A DNA stretch of 40,776 bases from Candidatus Methylomirabilia bacterium (GTDB lineage: Bacteria; Methylomirabilota; Methylomirabilia; Rokubacteriales; CSP1-6). Below are positions 19,404 through 32,778 of this stretch, piece after piece. The DNA is taken from positions 1-40,776 of the forward strand of contig JBGPXN010000023.1 of the NCBI GenBank assembly GCA_041492755.1, written 5' to 3'. The first letter of the stretch is position 1; every line of letters begins with the position of its first letter. A program made the translations under genes and the position numbers. Below the pieces are notes generated by a model. The model worked only from the letters and a program-made list of their open reading frames with translations. It was not told the origin of the DNA and made no database searches.

Positions 19404-21050
19404 TCAGCCGGCCGTGTAGCGCTGAAGCTCCCGCGGGACGAACCAGTCGTGGAAGTTGTAGCGGATGCCGTTCGGCGAGGGCACGATCCCGTAGACGCGC
19501 TGGGTCACCACCGGGAGGGCGTCCCGGAAGTACAGGAACACCAGCGGTTGCTCCTCGGCGAGGATCTCTTGCAGCCGGTCGTAGTACGGTTTGCGCTCGC
19601 TGTCCTGACAGAACGAGCGGCCCCGCTCCAGGAGCTCGTCGACCTCGGGGTTGGCGTAACTGATGTGGTTGAGCTGGTCCGGGCCGGTCTTCGACGAGTG
19701 CCAGATCTCGTACTGATCGGGATCGAGCCCGATGCCCCAGCCGAGGATGATGGCCTCGAAGCGCCGCTTCTTGATGTACTCCTTCAGGAAGGCCGCCCAT
19801 TCCAGCACGCGGATCTCGACCCCGACGCCGACGTCGCGCAGGTCGGCCTGGATGATCTCGGCCACCTTCTTGCGCTCGTCGTTGCCCTGATTGGTGAGGA
19901 TCTCGAACGTGAAGGGGCGTCCGTTCTTGACCAGGAGGCCCTGATCGTCCCTGTTCTTCCAGCCTGCCTCGGCCAGGAGCGCCTTCGCGCGCGCCGGATC
20001 GTACGGATAGCGGCGCACGTTCGGGTTGTACACCCACGTTCCCGGCTTGTACGGGCCCGTGGCCTCCCGTCCGAAGCCCAGGAGCACGCCGTCGATCAGC
20101 TCCTCCTTGTTGATGGCGTGGGCGAAGGCCTGGCGCACGCGCTTGTCGGCGAAGCGGGGGTCCTTGAGGTTGAAGCCGAAGTACGTGTACGCGTTCGCGG
20201 GGTAGCGGAACTTGTTGTAGGCCTTGCGGAACGCGGGATAGTCGGTCTGTCGCTTGAACTGCAGCGCGGTGAGCCCCGCCAGGTCGATCCCCTTCGCCTT
20301 GAGCTCGAGGAAGATCGTGGCCTGGCTCGGGATGATGCGATACACGAGGCGCGAGATGTAGGGCGGCCCCTCATAGTACTCGGGATTGGCGGCCAGGACG
20401 ATCTTCTCGCCCGAGCGCAGCTCGCTGAAGCGATAGGGGCCGGTGCCGACCGGATTCGCCCAGTTCTGCGGCGCCTCTCGAAGCTTGCCCTCCGCCACGT
20501 ACGGCTCGAGCAGGTGCTTGGGGAGCATCCAGATGCCCCAGCTCTGCAGCGCCTTCGCGTGCACCTTCTTGTAGGTGATCTTCACCGTCAGCGGGTCCAC
20601 CGCTTCCGCCGACTCCACCGCGTAGAAGTCCTCCTTGTAGGCGGTGGGCGTCTTGGGATGGACCATCGTCTTCCACGTGAACACCACGTCGGCCGCGGTG
20701 AAGGGCTTGCCGTCGTGCCACTTCACGTTCGGCCGCAGCTTGAACGTGAGGTGGCGGCAGTCCGGGCTGAAGGTCCACGACTCTGCGAGCTCGCCGACGA
20801 TCTTGAAGTCCCCGTCGCGCGTGACAAGACCGCCGTAGAGAAGGCTGCCGATCTCGAACGACGCGCTGTCGCTGAGGACGTTCGGAATGAGGCCGGAGAT
20901 GTTGCCGGTCAGCGCTTCGATCAGCGTGTCGCCGTGGACGGGCTTCGAGACCTCGCGCCGCTTGCCGTCCTCGACCGCGCCAACGACGTCGCCACCGCAT
21001 CCCGCCAGCGCGAGGGCGACGAGCAGAAGCGCGGCGCGCCGGACGCTCAC
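19404..21050 (-). CDS. Peptide ABC transporter substrate-binding lipoprotein (family 5)
   Basis: Lipobox LAGC; ELAESW, KWHDGKPFTAADV, PVGTGPY, DKRVRQAFAHAIN. Confidence 0.9.
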   Translation of the reverse strand: MSVRRAALLLVALALAGCGGDVVGAVEDGKRREVSKPVHGDTLIEALTGNISGLIPNVLSDSASFEIGSLLYGGLVTRDGDFKIVGELAESWTFSPDCRHLTFKLRPNVKWHDGKPFTAADVVFTWKTMVHPKTPTAYKEDFYAVESAEAVDPLTVKITYKKVHAKALQSWGIWMLPKHLLEPYVAEGKLREAPQNWANPVGTGPYRFSELRSGEKIVLAANPEYYEGPPYISRLVYRIIPSQATIFLELKAKGIDLAGLTALQFKRQTDYPAFRKAYNKFRYPANAYTYFGFNLKDPRFADKRVRQAFAHAINKEELIDGVLLGFGREATGPYKPGTWVYNPNVRRYPYDPARAKALLAEAGWKNRDDQGLLVKNGRPFTFEILTNQGNDERKKVAEIIQADLRDVGVGVEIRVLEWAAFLKEYIKKRRFEAIILGWGIGLDPDQYEIWHSSKTGPDQLNHISYANPEVDELLERGRSFCQDSERKPYYDRLQEILAEEQPLVFLYFRDALPVVTQRVYGIVPSPNGIRYNFHDWFVPRELQRYTAG

Positions 21051-21418
21051 CGGGTAGTCGGCGCGGACGGCGGCGGCGTGGCCGAGCCCGGCGCGGCCGG
21101 CGCTGAGCTGGCGGGCGCGGGAGCTGCAGGTGCGGGCACCGCGGGCGCGGCCGCCGGCGCGGGTTCGCGGATGACGGAGCTGCTGCGCTCGCCGCCGAGC
21201 AGGGCGAGGCTGAACGACGTGATGGTGAAGACGGCGGCGATCCCGGCGGTGATCTTCCCGAGCACGGTCGGTGTTCCCATGGACCCGAACACGGCCTGGC
21301 TGCCCGCGCCCCCGAATGCCGAGCCGATGTCGGCCCCCTTCCCGGCCTGCAGCAGAACGACCCCGATGATCGCGAAGCTCGCGATCGCATGAAGAATGAC
21401 GAGGACGATGTACATCAC
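21047..21418 (-). CDS. secG: Preprotein translocase subunit SecG
   Basis: VLLQAGKGADIGSAFGG motif; follows tpiA. Confidence 0.92.
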   Translation of the reverse strand: MMYIVLVILHAIASFAIIGVVLLQAGKGADIGSAFGGAGSQAVFGSMGTPTVLGKITAGIAAVFTITSFSLALLGGERSSSVIREPAPAAAPAVPAPAAPAPASSAPAAPGSATPPPSAPTTR

Positions 21419-21425
21419 ATGCTCC

Positions 21426-22193
21426 TCACCGCGACGCTTGCGCGGTTTTCTTCACGATGCTGATGAAACTGGGCGCGGTCAAGCTGGCGCCGCCCACCAG
21501 CGCCCCGTCGATCTCGGGCTCGGTCATGAGCGCGTCGACGTTGTCGGCCTTGACGCTGCCACCATAGAGGATGCGCACGTTCTGCGCGGTCTCCTTGGCG
21601 CTCAGCTCGGACAGCAGGCCGCGGAGATAGCCGTGCACCTCGGTCGCCTGGGCGGGGGTGGCGTTGACGCCGGTCCCGATCGCCCACACCGGTTCGTACG
21701 CGAGCACCACGCTTCCGAGGCCGGCGGCGTCCACTCCGGCCAGTCCGGCGCGCAGCTGCCCCTCCACCGTCGTGAAGGTCAATCCCTGCCGTCGCTCCTC
21801 GCCGGTCTCCCCCACACACAGCACGGGAATCAGGCCGGCGGCCAGGGTGGCTTTGACCCTGAGATTGATCTGTTCGTCAGTCTCGCCGATCTCGCGGCGG
21901 CGCTCGGAGTGTCCGAGGATGACGTAGCGACAACCGAGCTCGGCCAGCATGGGCAGCGAGATCTCGCCGGTGTGCGCGCCGGTCGGCTCGTGGTGACACG
22001 TCTGCGCGGCCAGCGCCAGCGGACTGCCCGTCAGGATCTCGCCCACCGCCGGCAGCGCCGTGAACGGCGGCGCCACCGCGACGTCAGGCTCCTTGAGCCG
22101 CTTGAGGCCGTCCCGCACCGCGGTGGCCAGCGGCCGGGCTTCGGCCAGCGTGCCCCACATCTTCCAGTTGCCGATGACGAGCCGCGTGCGCAT
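21426..22193 (-). CDS. tpiA: Triosephosphate isomerase
   Basis: GNWKM, GHSERR, YEPVWAIGTG, GGASL. Start MRTRLV at 22193. Confidence 0.96.
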   Translation of the reverse strand: MRTRLVIGNWKMWGTLAEARPLATAVRDGLKRLKEPDVAVAPPFTALPAVGEILTGSPLALAAQTCHHEPTGAHTGEISLPMLAELGCRYVILGHSERRREIGETDEQINLRVKATLAAGLIPVLCVGETGEERRQGLTFTTVEGQLRAGLAGVDAAGLGSVVLAYEPVWAIGTGVNATPAQATEVHGYLRGLLSELSAKETAQNVRILYGGSVKADNVDALMTEPEIDGALVGGASLTAPSFISIVKKTAQASR

Positions 22194-23377
22194 CAGGGCG
22201 CCTCCGTGAGGGCCTCCACGCCGGGCAGCTTGCGGCCCTCCAGGAACTCCAGGAAGGCGCCGCCCGCCGTCGAGATGTACCCGATACGGTCGGCCACCCC
22301 CGCCCGATGCACCGCCGCGACCGTGTCCCCGCCGCCGATCACGGAGAAGCCTTCGGCGGCCGCCACCGCGCGCCCCACCGCCATGGTGCCCGCGGCGAAG
22401 GGCGCCTTTTCGAACACGCCCATCGGCCCGTTCCAGACCAGCGTTCGCGCCGTCCGCACGACCGCGATGAACCGTTCCACCGTCAGCGGGCCGATGTCCA
22501 ATCCCATCAGCGCATCCGGGATCTCGCGCACGCCGACCGCACGTCCTGAAGCGCTGTCCACGTTCTCGGCGACCACGGTGTCCACCGGGAGCACGATCTG
22601 CACGCCGCGGCGCCGGCTCTGCTCCAGCACGCGGCGCGCCGTCTCGATGTGATCGGGCTCCACCAGCGAGCGTCCGATGCCGTGGCCGAGCGCCTTCAGG
22701 AACGTGAACGACATCCCGCCGCCGACGATGAGCGCCTGCACGCGGTCGAGCAGATGCTCGACGAGGGCGATCTTGTCCGAGACTTTCGCGCCGCCCAGGA
22801 TGGCGACGAGCGGCCGCTCCGGCCGCTCGAGGATGCGCGTGAGCGCGGCCAGCTCCGCGTTCATCAGCAGGCCGGCCACGGCCGGCTGCAGAAAGCGCGT
22901 GATGGCCTCGATCGACGCGTGGGCGCGGTGGGCGGCGGCGAAGGCGTCGTCGACGTAGCAGTCCGCCAGCGCCGCGAGCTGGCGAGCGAAGTCGTGATCG
23001 TTCGCCTCCTCTTCCTTGTGGAAGCGGAGGTTCTCGAGCAGGAGGACCTGGCCGGGCGTCAGGGCCCGCGCCTGCGCCTCCACCTCCGGGCCCACGCAAT
23101 CCGACGCCAGCGGCACCGGCCGGCCGAGCAGGCCGGAAAGACGTTCGGCGACGGGTCGAAGCGAGTACTCGGGAGCGGGCTTGCCCTTGGGCCGTCCGAG
23201 GTGCGAGGCGAGAACGACCGACGCGCCGGCGTTCAGCGCGTACTGCAGCGTGGGCACCACCGCGGTGAGCCGCGTGGCGTCGGAAACCGCGCCGCCCTCG
23301 AGCGGCGCGTTCAGGTCAGCCCGGATGAAGACGCGCTTGCCGGCGAGGTCGAGCTGCTCGATGGAGAGCTTCGCCAC
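22193..23377 (-). CDS. pgk: Phosphoglycerate kinase
   Basis: RADLNAP, SHLGRPKG, LLENLRF, GGAKVSDKI, WNGPMGVFE. Confidence 0.96.
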   Translation of the reverse strand: MAKLSIEQLDLAGKRVFIRADLNAPLEGGAVSDATRLTAVVPTLQYALNAGASVVLASHLGRPKGKPAPEYSLRPVAERLSGLLGRPVPLASDCVGPEVEAQARALTPGQVLLLENLRFHKEEEANDHDFARQLAALADCYVDDAFAAAHRAHASIEAITRFLQPAVAGLLMNAELAALTRILERPERPLVAILGGAKVSDKIALVEHLLDRVQALIVGGGMSFTFLKALGHGIGRSLVEPDHIETARRVLEQSRRRGVQIVLPVDTVVAENVDSASGRAVGVREIPDALMGLDIGPLTVERFIAVVRTARTLVWNGPMGVFEKAPFAAGTMAVGRAVAAAEGFSVIGGGDTVAAVHRAGVADRIGYISTAGGAFLEFLEGRKLPGVEALTEAP

Positions 23378-23380
23378 CGA

Positions 23381-24421
<1,041 letters not shown>

Positions 24422-24450
24422 TCAGTCAGAGTATACGGCGGGTTACAGAG

Positions 24451-24664
24451 ATGGGGGACCCCGAAATGGCCCCCCATACCCGGTAACCCGAGACCGAGGA
24501 GCACCCCGGGTGTCCCGGGGCGTTGCCGAGCGTTGAGGGGGTCGAGAAGCGCCCCGGCTTTGCCAGGGCGCTACGAGCGCAGGGGGGGGTCGAGGAGCGC
24601 CCCGGCTTTGCCGGGGGCGCTACGAGCGTTGGGGGGTGGGGGGGGCCATGTCGGGGCCCCCCAC
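24451..24664. repeat. Modular intergenic repeat: terminal hairpins in opposite orientation flanking three 48-bp units
   Basis: Left cap ATGGGGGACCCCGAAATGGCCCCCCAT (24451-24477). Units start at 24494, 24542 and 24590 (exact 48-bp spacing), each with a CGCCCCGG-loop-CCGGGGCG-type stem. Right cap GGGGGCCATGTCGGGGCCCCCCAC ends at 24664. Confidence 0.82.
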
Positions 24665-24667
24665 GTG

Positions 24668-25393
24668 CTACAGAACGCGGGCAACTGTCAGGACTGCGAC
24701 CGGACGCGCCCCGGCGGAGCGGAGGGCCCGGGCGCACTCGGCGACGGTGGCCCCCGTCGTGAACACGTCGTCCACCACCACCAGGCTTCGGCCCGCCACC
24801 GCGGGCGACGCGGCGAACGCGCCCGCGACGTTGCGACGCCGCTCAGCCGCGTTGAGATCCGTCTGAGCCAGGGTCGGACGTTGCCGGCGCAGCCAGCGCG
24901 GGCGCACCGGCACCCCGCGCGCCCGGCCCAGCCTCTCCGCGATCAACGTCGCCTGGTTGAACCCGCGCTCGCGCTGTCGCGCGGGGGCGAGCGGCACCGG
25001 AACCAGGGCATCGACGCCGTCGAGCAGGGCCGCGGCCGGGCTGTCGAGCACCAGGGCGGCGAGAGGCCGGGCCACGCCACGGGCGCCGCGGAACTTCAGC
25101 GCCAGCACGGCGTCGCGCAGCGGGCCCGCGAACACCGCGGCGGCCCGGGCCGCCGCGAACGGCGGCGTCTCACGCATGCAGGCCCCGCACGTCCCTTCGG
25201 CGGCCGCCGGCGCGGGATCGAACGTCGGGAACGGCAACCCGCACCGTGCACACACCGGGGGGGCGATGCGGTCGATCGCGTCCCAGCAGGCGCCGCAGAG
25301 CGGGTCGCGGCGGCGGTCGCCCAGCACGGCGTCGCAGACGGGGCACAGCGCGGGGTAGAGCAGATCGAGCGCGGCCGCCGCCCAGGGACGCAC
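24668..25393 (-). CDS. comF: ComF-family protein (double zinc ribbon plus PRTase domain)
   Basis: CPVC/CGAC/CARC/CGAC motifs; RGFNQA; VVDDVFTTGAT PRPP-binding loop. Confidence 0.88.
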   Translation of the reverse strand: MRPWAAAALDLLYPALCPVCDAVLGDRRRDPLCGACWDAIDRIAPPVCARCGLPFPTFDPAPAAAEGTCGACMRETPPFAAARAAAVFAGPLRDAVLALKFRGARGVARPLAALVLDSPAAALLDGVDALVPVPLAPARQRERGFNQATLIAERLGRARGVPVRPRWLRRQRPTLAQTDLNAAERRRNVAGAFAASPAVAGRSLVVVDDVFTTGATVAECARALRSAGARPVAVLTVARVL

Positions 25394-25396
25394 CGC

Positions 25397-26305
25397 TCAC
25401 CGGCCATCGCTCGGGCGGAGGGTGTTCCACCGGCGGCACGACGGGCAGCGGTCCTGCCACGCGAAGCCGGCAGCGCCGCAGACGCGACAGACGTGCGGCC
25501 ACTCGAAGGCGTCCGCCAGGCGCAACGCGCGACGGTACTCGGCGAAGGCCTCCCGCAGCTCGCCGCGGCGCTCGAAAACCGCGCCGAGGTACGCGTGCAC
25601 GGCGGCGACGTCAGGGGCGCGCACTTCGATCTTCTCCAGATGATCCGCCGCCTCGTCCAGCATCTCGAGCTCCACGTACACGCGGCCGAGCGCGACCGCG
25701 ATCGCGAGGTTGTCGGGTGCGCGCTCGGCCGCCTCTCGATAGAGGGCGATCATGCGGCTCGGGCGCCCTTCCTGGCGATAAGCGCGCTCGAGGCGCGCCA
25801 GCAGCGGCAGGGCGGGCTCGAGCTCGATCGCCCGCTCCCACACCCGGATCGCCTCCCGAACGTCACCGGTGGCTTCGAGGGCGTCACCCAGGCCCAGCGT
25901 CGCCGGCAGGAAGCCGCGGTCCGCCTTCAGTGCGCTCCGGTAGTGCCCGATCGACGCGGCCGGGCCGCGCCCCCCTTCCGCGCGTCCGATCTCGTAATGC
26001 AGCGCGGCCAGGGTCGTCGCCTCCGCGGCGCGGTTGGGGGGCGGCGCGAGCGCAACGATCCGGAGCTGCAGCCCGACGGCCTCGCTCCACGCGCCGGTGG
26101 CGGTGACGAGGTCACGCAACCCGTGCAGCGCGGCCAGGTCGTTGGGATGCGCGTCGAGCGCCTGGAGAAAGAGCGCGCGCGCCTCCGCCGCCCGTCCGGC
26201 GGCGTGCGCGTCGCGCGCGCGCCGCACGAGCTCGGTGGCGAGGGGATCCTCGACGGGAGCGGCGCCCGGACGGAGCAGATCGGCGAGGAGCTGCAGCAAC
26301 GACAT
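25397..26305 (-). CDS. TPR protein with C-terminal rubredoxin-like domain (LapB/YciM-like)
   Basis: TPR-like helices; C-terminal CRVCG...WQDRCPSCRRWNTL. Start MSLLQLL at 26305 is inferred. Confidence 0.72.
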   Translation of the reverse strand: MSLLQLLADLLRPGAAPVEDPLATELVRRARDAHAAGRAAEARALFLQALDAHPNDLAALHGLRDLVTATGAWSEAVGLQLRIVALAPPPNRAAEATTLAALHYEIGRAEGGRGPAASIGHYRSALKADRGFLPATLGLGDALEATGDVREAIRVWERAIELEPALPLLARLERAYRQEGRPSRMIALYREAAERAPDNLAIAVALGRVYVELEMLDEAADHLEKIEVRAPDVAAVHAYLGAVFERRGELREAFAEYRRALRLADAFEWPHVCRVCGAAGFAWQDRCPSCRRWNTLRPSDGR

Positions 26306-26378
26306 CAGGGGTGCGGAGCGGCGAGGGCGGCGACGATCGAGCGGCGCGCGCGCGGGGACTGGGAACGGCCGGCGACGG

Positions 26379-26747
26379 TCAGCCCGTGGCCATCCGCTGC
26401 TCTTCCTCGATCGCGCGCTGGCACGTGATGCAGTAGCGCGCGAACGGCAGCGCCTCCAGGCGCTTGTCGGCGATGGCTTCCCCGCAGCGCTCGCAGTTGC
26501 CAAAGCCGTTGCCCGCGTCGATCTTTTGCAGCGCCTGGACGACTTCCCGGAGCAACCGGCGGTCGCCGTTGCCCAGCTCGGCAAAGAACTCGCGGGTGTA
26601 GGCGCTGTTGGCCTGATCGCCCAGGTCCTTGATGGAATCGTCCTCCTGGTCCTTGCCGAGTATCGAACTCTTGCCCACTTCGTCGACGAGCTGCCGTTGC
26701 TTCTCGATCAGCTGCTCCCGGAAGTGCGCCAGTCGATCTTTCTTCAT
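26379..26747 (-). CDS. DksA/TraR-family C4 zinc-finger protein
   Basis: DLGDQA coiled-coil tip; CERCGEAI..RLEALPFARYCITC; GGAGG RBS before MKKDR. Confidence 0.88.
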   Translation of the reverse strand: MKKDRLAHFREQLIEKQRQLVDEVGKSSILGKDQEDDSIKDLGDQANSAYTREFFAELGNGDRRLLREVVQALQKIDAGNGFGNCERCGEAIADKRLEALPFARYCITCQRAIEEEQRMATG

Positions 26748-26791
26748 CGCGACCTCCATGACGTCGCAACGGGTGCGCGATCAAGGGCGGT

Positions 26792-26820
26792 ACGCTAGCA
26801 TGCGCCCCCAGAGCACGCAA
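26792..26820 (-). promoter_or_regulatory. Putative sigma70 promoter for the dksA-like gene
   Basis: TTGCGT-N17-TAGCGT with an extended TG. Confidence 0.45.
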
Positions 26821-26837
26821 CCGCCGCGGCCGAAAAT

Positions 26838-27191
26838 TCATCCCTCCAGCGGCACCGAGGGCGCATCGCCCCACAGGCGCTCCAGCGCGTAATACATCCG
26901 CGTGTCCTCCAGGAAGACGTGCATGAGCACGTCGCCATAGTCGAGCAGCACCCAGCCGCTCTCGGGAACGCCCTCGGCGTGGAGCAGACGGGCGCCGGCG
27001 TCCCTCAGGTCCTCCCGGATGGCATCGGTGATCGTGCGCAAGTGCGTGGCCGACTTCCCGCTGCACACGACGAAGTAGTCGGTGATGGTCGACACGCCCT
27101 GCACGTCGAGGATGACGGCGTCGACCGCCTTCTTGTCGAGGGCGGCGCGCGCCGCCCGGCGGGCCTTCCGCTCGGCCGAGAGGCGACTCAC
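26838..27191 (-). CDS. rsfS: Ribosome silencing factor
   Basis: DKKA, DYFVVCSG, WVLLDYGDVLMHVF...YYALERLWGDA. GTG start overlaps the nadD stop. Confidence 0.92.
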   Translation of the reverse strand: MSRLSAERKARRAARAALDKKAVDAVILDVQGVSTITDYFVVCSGKSATHLRTITDAIREDLRDAGARLLHAEGVPESGWVLLDYGDVLMHVFLEDTRMYYALERLWGDAPSVPLEG

Positions 27192-27838
27192 GACGCTCGC
27201 CGCCCGTAGAGCCCGTGGGTGGCGATGTATGCCTCCACCGCCGGCGGCACGCGGTACGCAAGCGAGCGGCCTTTCCCGCCGCGGGCGCGCAAGTCGGACG
27301 ACGAGATGGGCAGCGAGGCGGCATGAAGGATGAGGACACCGCGCGCGGGCACGTCCGGACCGTCGACGTGCGCGAAGCGCTCGCCCCCGATCTCCCGCAG
27401 CACCTTCTGGGCGGCCGCGCTCTCGGGATCGAAGCTGCTGCTCGTGCGCGGCACGACCACGAGGCGCGCGAGCGAGGCGACGCGCTGGGGCGTGCGCCAG
27501 GACAGGAGGTCCAGGAACGTTTCCGAGCCGATGAGGAGGAACAGCGTCTGGTCGGGCGCGCTCAGGGCCTGGAGCGTGTCGACCGTGTACGACGGGCCCG
27601 GACGCTGCAGCTCGACGTCCGACGCCTCGAAGCCACGATGGCCGGCGATCGCCAGCTGGACCATCGCGTAGCGGTCGGTGGCGGGCGCCACGGTCGCCGC
27701 GGCCTTGTGCGGCGGCACCGCGGCCGGGACGAAGAGCACACGGTCGAGCCCGAGGACCTCGAGGATCTCGTCGGCGAGGAGCAGGTGGCCGTAGTGGATG
27801 GGGTTGAACGTGCCTCCGAAGACCGCGGTGCGCCTCAC
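27188..27838 (-). CDS. nadD: Nicotinate-nucleotide adenylyltransferase
   Basis: GGTFNPIHYGH, PPHK, SYTVDTL, ISSSDLR. Confidence 0.93.
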   Translation of the reverse strand: MRRTAVFGGTFNPIHYGHLLLADEILEVLGLDRVLFVPAAVPPHKAAATVAPATDRYAMVQLAIAGHRGFEASDVELQRPGPSYTVDTLQALSAPDQTLFLLIGSETFLDLLSWRTPQRVASLARLVVVPRTSSSFDPESAAAQKVLREIGGERFAHVDGPDVPARGVLILHAASLPISSSDLRARGGKGRSLAYRVPPAVEAYIATHGLYGRRAS

Positions 27839-27841
27839 CGC

Positions 27842-29098
27842 TCAGTCCCGGAGCTGGCCGTCGCCGTGGACGACGAACTTGGTGGTGGTGAGCTCCACCA
27901 CCCCCACCGGCCCGCGCGCGTGGACGCGCGAGGTCGAGATGCCCATCTCGGCACCCATCCCGAACTGCTCGCCATCCACGAGCCGGGTGGACGCGTTCAC
28001 GAGCACCGCGGCGGCGTCGACCTCCCGCGTGAAGCGGCGCGCGTGACCGAGATCGTTGGTGACGATCGCCTCCGCGAGACCGGAGCCGTGCCGGCGGATG
28101 TGCCGCATCGCCTCGTCCAAATCCTCGACCACGCGCACGGCGAGCACGAGGTCGAGGTACTCCTCGTCCCAGTCGCGCTCGGTGGCGGGCCGCGCGGCCG
28201 GGACCAGGGCGCGCGTCCGCGAGCAGCCGCGGATCTCCACCCCGGCCTCGATCAGCCGCGCCGCCACCGCCGGCAGGAAGCGCGAGGCGACGTCCTGGTG
28301 CACGAGGAGCGTTTCCAGCGCATTGCACACGCTCGGCCGCTGCACCTTGGCGTTGACGACGATCGCGCTCGCCATGCCGAGATCAGCCGCGGCGTCCACG
28401 AAGACGTGGACGAGCCCGCGGTCGTGCTTGAGCACCGGAACGCGGGAGTGCTCGGCCACCCAGCGCACGAAGTCCTCGCCGCCGCGCGGGATGACCAGGT
28501 CCACGAGGTCCGCGAGGCCCAGGAGCGCGGCCACCGCGGCCCGGTCCGTGGTGTCGATGAACTGGATCGCCTCGGCGGGCGCGCCGACCTTCTCGACCGC
28601 CTTGGCCAGCACGGCGGCGATCATGGTGTTGGAATCGATCGCCTCCCGGCCGCCGCGCAGGACGACGGCGTTCCCGGACTTCAGGCAGAGCCCCGCCGCG
28701 TCGGCCGTCACGTTCGGTCGCGACTCGTAGATGAAGCCGATCACGCCCAGCGGCACGCGCACCCGCGCGATCTCGATCCCGCTCGGCCGGCGCCACGTCT
28801 CCACCACCATGCCGACGGGATCGGGCAGTGCCGCGATCTGGCGCAGGCCGCCGGCCATGGTCTCGATCCGCGGCTCGGTGAGAGTCAGCCGGTCCAGGAA
28901 GGCGCGTGGGTGACCTTCGCCCCGGGCGCGCTCCACGTCGGCGCGATTGGCTTCGAGGATCGCCGGCGACTTTTCCTCGAGCCCCCGCGCCATCTGCAGC
29001 AGCGCCTCGTTCTTCACCTTGGTGGGCACGAGGGCCAGGCTGCGGGCCGCCTCGCGGGCCGCGCGGGCCTTCATCTCGACGAGCTCGTTGACGTCCAT
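27842..29098 (-). CDS. proA: Gamma-glutamyl phosphate reductase
   Basis: IYESRPNVT, VCNALETLL, GAEMGISTSRVHARGP. Start MDVNEL at 29098. Confidence 0.94.
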   Translation of the reverse strand: MDVNELVEMKARAAREAARSLALVPTKVKNEALLQMARGLEEKSPAILEANRADVERARGEGHPRAFLDRLTLTEPRIETMAGGLRQIAALPDPVGMVVETWRRPSGIEIARVRVPLGVIGFIYESRPNVTADAAGLCLKSGNAVVLRGGREAIDSNTMIAAVLAKAVEKVGAPAEAIQFIDTTDRAAVAALLGLADLVDLVIPRGGEDFVRWVAEHSRVPVLKHDRGLVHVFVDAAADLGMASAIVVNAKVQRPSVCNALETLLVHQDVASRFLPAVAARLIEAGVEIRGCSRTRALVPAARPATERDWDEEYLDLVLAVRVVEDLDEAMRHIRRHGSGLAEAIVTNDLGHARRFTREVDAAAVLVNASTRLVDGEQFGMGAEMGISTSRVHARGPVGVVELTTTKFVVHGDGQLRD

Positions 29099-29140
29099 GG
29101 TCCTGACTCCTAACGGTTCTCTCAAAGTCTTACGGTTCTC

Positions 29141-31602
<2,462 letters not shown>

Positions 31603-31917
31603 CTACACCTCGATCCGGGTGATGCGCACCCTGGTGATGGACTGGCGGTGGCCACGGTGCCTGCGATAGTTCTTCCGCCGCTTGAACTTCACGATCTCGA
31701 CTTTCCGCCCCCGCCCCTGGCCGACGACCACGCCGGACACGCGCGCCGACCGGAGCTGCTCGGGCGCCGCGATCACCGCGTCGTCATCGCCCTTGACGAG
31801 CAACACCGAGGTGAACTCGACGGCCGCCCCTGAATCGCCGGCCAGCAACTCGACGGTGATGACCTGGCCCGGCGCCACGCGGTACTGTTTGCCTCCGGTC
31901 GCGATCACGGCTTCCAT
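31603..31917 (-). CDS. rplU: 50S ribosomal protein L21
   Basis: TGGKQYRV...[16 protein letters not shown]. Confidence 0.96.
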   Translation of the reverse strand: MEAVIATGGKQYRVAPGQVITVELLAGDSGAAVEFTSVLLVKGDDDAVIAAPEQLRSARVSGVVVGQGRGRKVEIVKFKRRKNYRRHRGHRQSITRVRITRIEV

Positions 31918-31998
31918 GACGGTGCGTCCTCAGCTTTCCAGACGGTAATTGCGACGAGCGGCTATAAGACCACACCGCGCCGAGTCGCGTCAAATTGG

Positions 31999-32120
31999 AC
32001 GTGGGGGCCCCGAAATGGCCCCCACACCCCCAACGCCCCGGGGAACCCGTGGCGCCCCTCGACTATCGCTGGGCGCCCTCTCCATGATCCATGGCATGAA
32101 CCCATGGCGGCGCCCTCGAC
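31999..32120 (-). repeat. Third copy of the modular intergenic repeat (degenerate units plus terminal hairpin)
   Basis: On the minus strand, two TCGAG-initiated units end in GTGGGGGCCATTTCGGGGCCCCCACGT (31999-32025). Confidence 0.72.
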
Positions 32121-32163
32121 TACCCGCCCCCCGATTCTACTCAGAGCTTGTGAACGAAGCCTC

Positions 32164-32778
32164 TCAGGCCGCGGCGAGATACTCGGAGAGCCGCTTGCGC
32201 AGATACAGGCGCGAGCGGTGGATCCGGGACTTCGCGGCGGGGAGGCTGATGCCGAGCGTCTCGGCGACGTCGGGGTTCGAGAGGCCCTCGACGTCGTGCA
32301 TGACCAGCGCCGTCCGGTACTCCGGCGGCAGCTCACCGATGGCCGTTTCCAGCATCTCGCGCAGTTCCGTGGTGAGCGCCTGCTCGTCGACGCGCAGCGA
32401 CCAGTCGTCCATGGGCTCGAAGTGTATTCCCGCGCCCCCGTCCTCGAGCGCCGGCAGGACGTCGTCGATGGCGATCTCGCGCGCCGACGACTTGCGCGCG
32501 CGCAGCTTCATGTAGGCCGCATTGGCGGCGATCCGATAGAGCCAGCTCCCGAACGCGGAGTCGCCCTTGAAGGTGTGGATCTTCCGCGCCGCGGTCCAGA
32601 GCGCGTCCTGCGCGACCTCCTCCGCGTCCTCCTTCGAGCCGGTGATGCGGTAGGCGAGGCGGTACACGCGATCGCCGTAGCCGTCGACGAGCTGCTCGAC
32701 CGCCGCCATATCCTCGCGCCGGAGCCCTTCTACGAGCGCGGCGTCGCGGTCGACCCGGATGCCGCCGGCCACGCTCAC
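32164..32778 (-). CDS. ECF-type RNA polymerase sigma factor
   Basis: DAEEVAQD...SWLYRIAAN (region 2); LSNPDVAETLGIS...KSRIHRSR (region 4). GTG start overlaps the TetR stop (GTGA). Confidence 0.88.
   Translation of the reverse strand: MSVAGGIRVDRDAALVEGLRREDMAAVEQLVDGYGDRVYRLAYRITGSKEDAEEVAQDALWTAARKIHTFKGDSAFGSWLYRIAANAAYMKLRARKSSAREIAIDDVLPALEDGGAGIHFEPMDDWSLRVDEQALTTELREMLETAIGELPPEYRTALVMHDVEGLSNPDVAETLGISLPAAKSRIHRSRLYLRKRLSEYLAAA

Noticed and set aside
18180..21392. 1070-aa plus-strand ORF
   Set aside because: Antisense shadow of the oppABC-like genes and secG.
24494..24640. Regular 48-bp repeats as a possible CRISPR array
   Set aside because: Units are similar along their whole length with no unique spacers, there are only three, and no cas genes are present.
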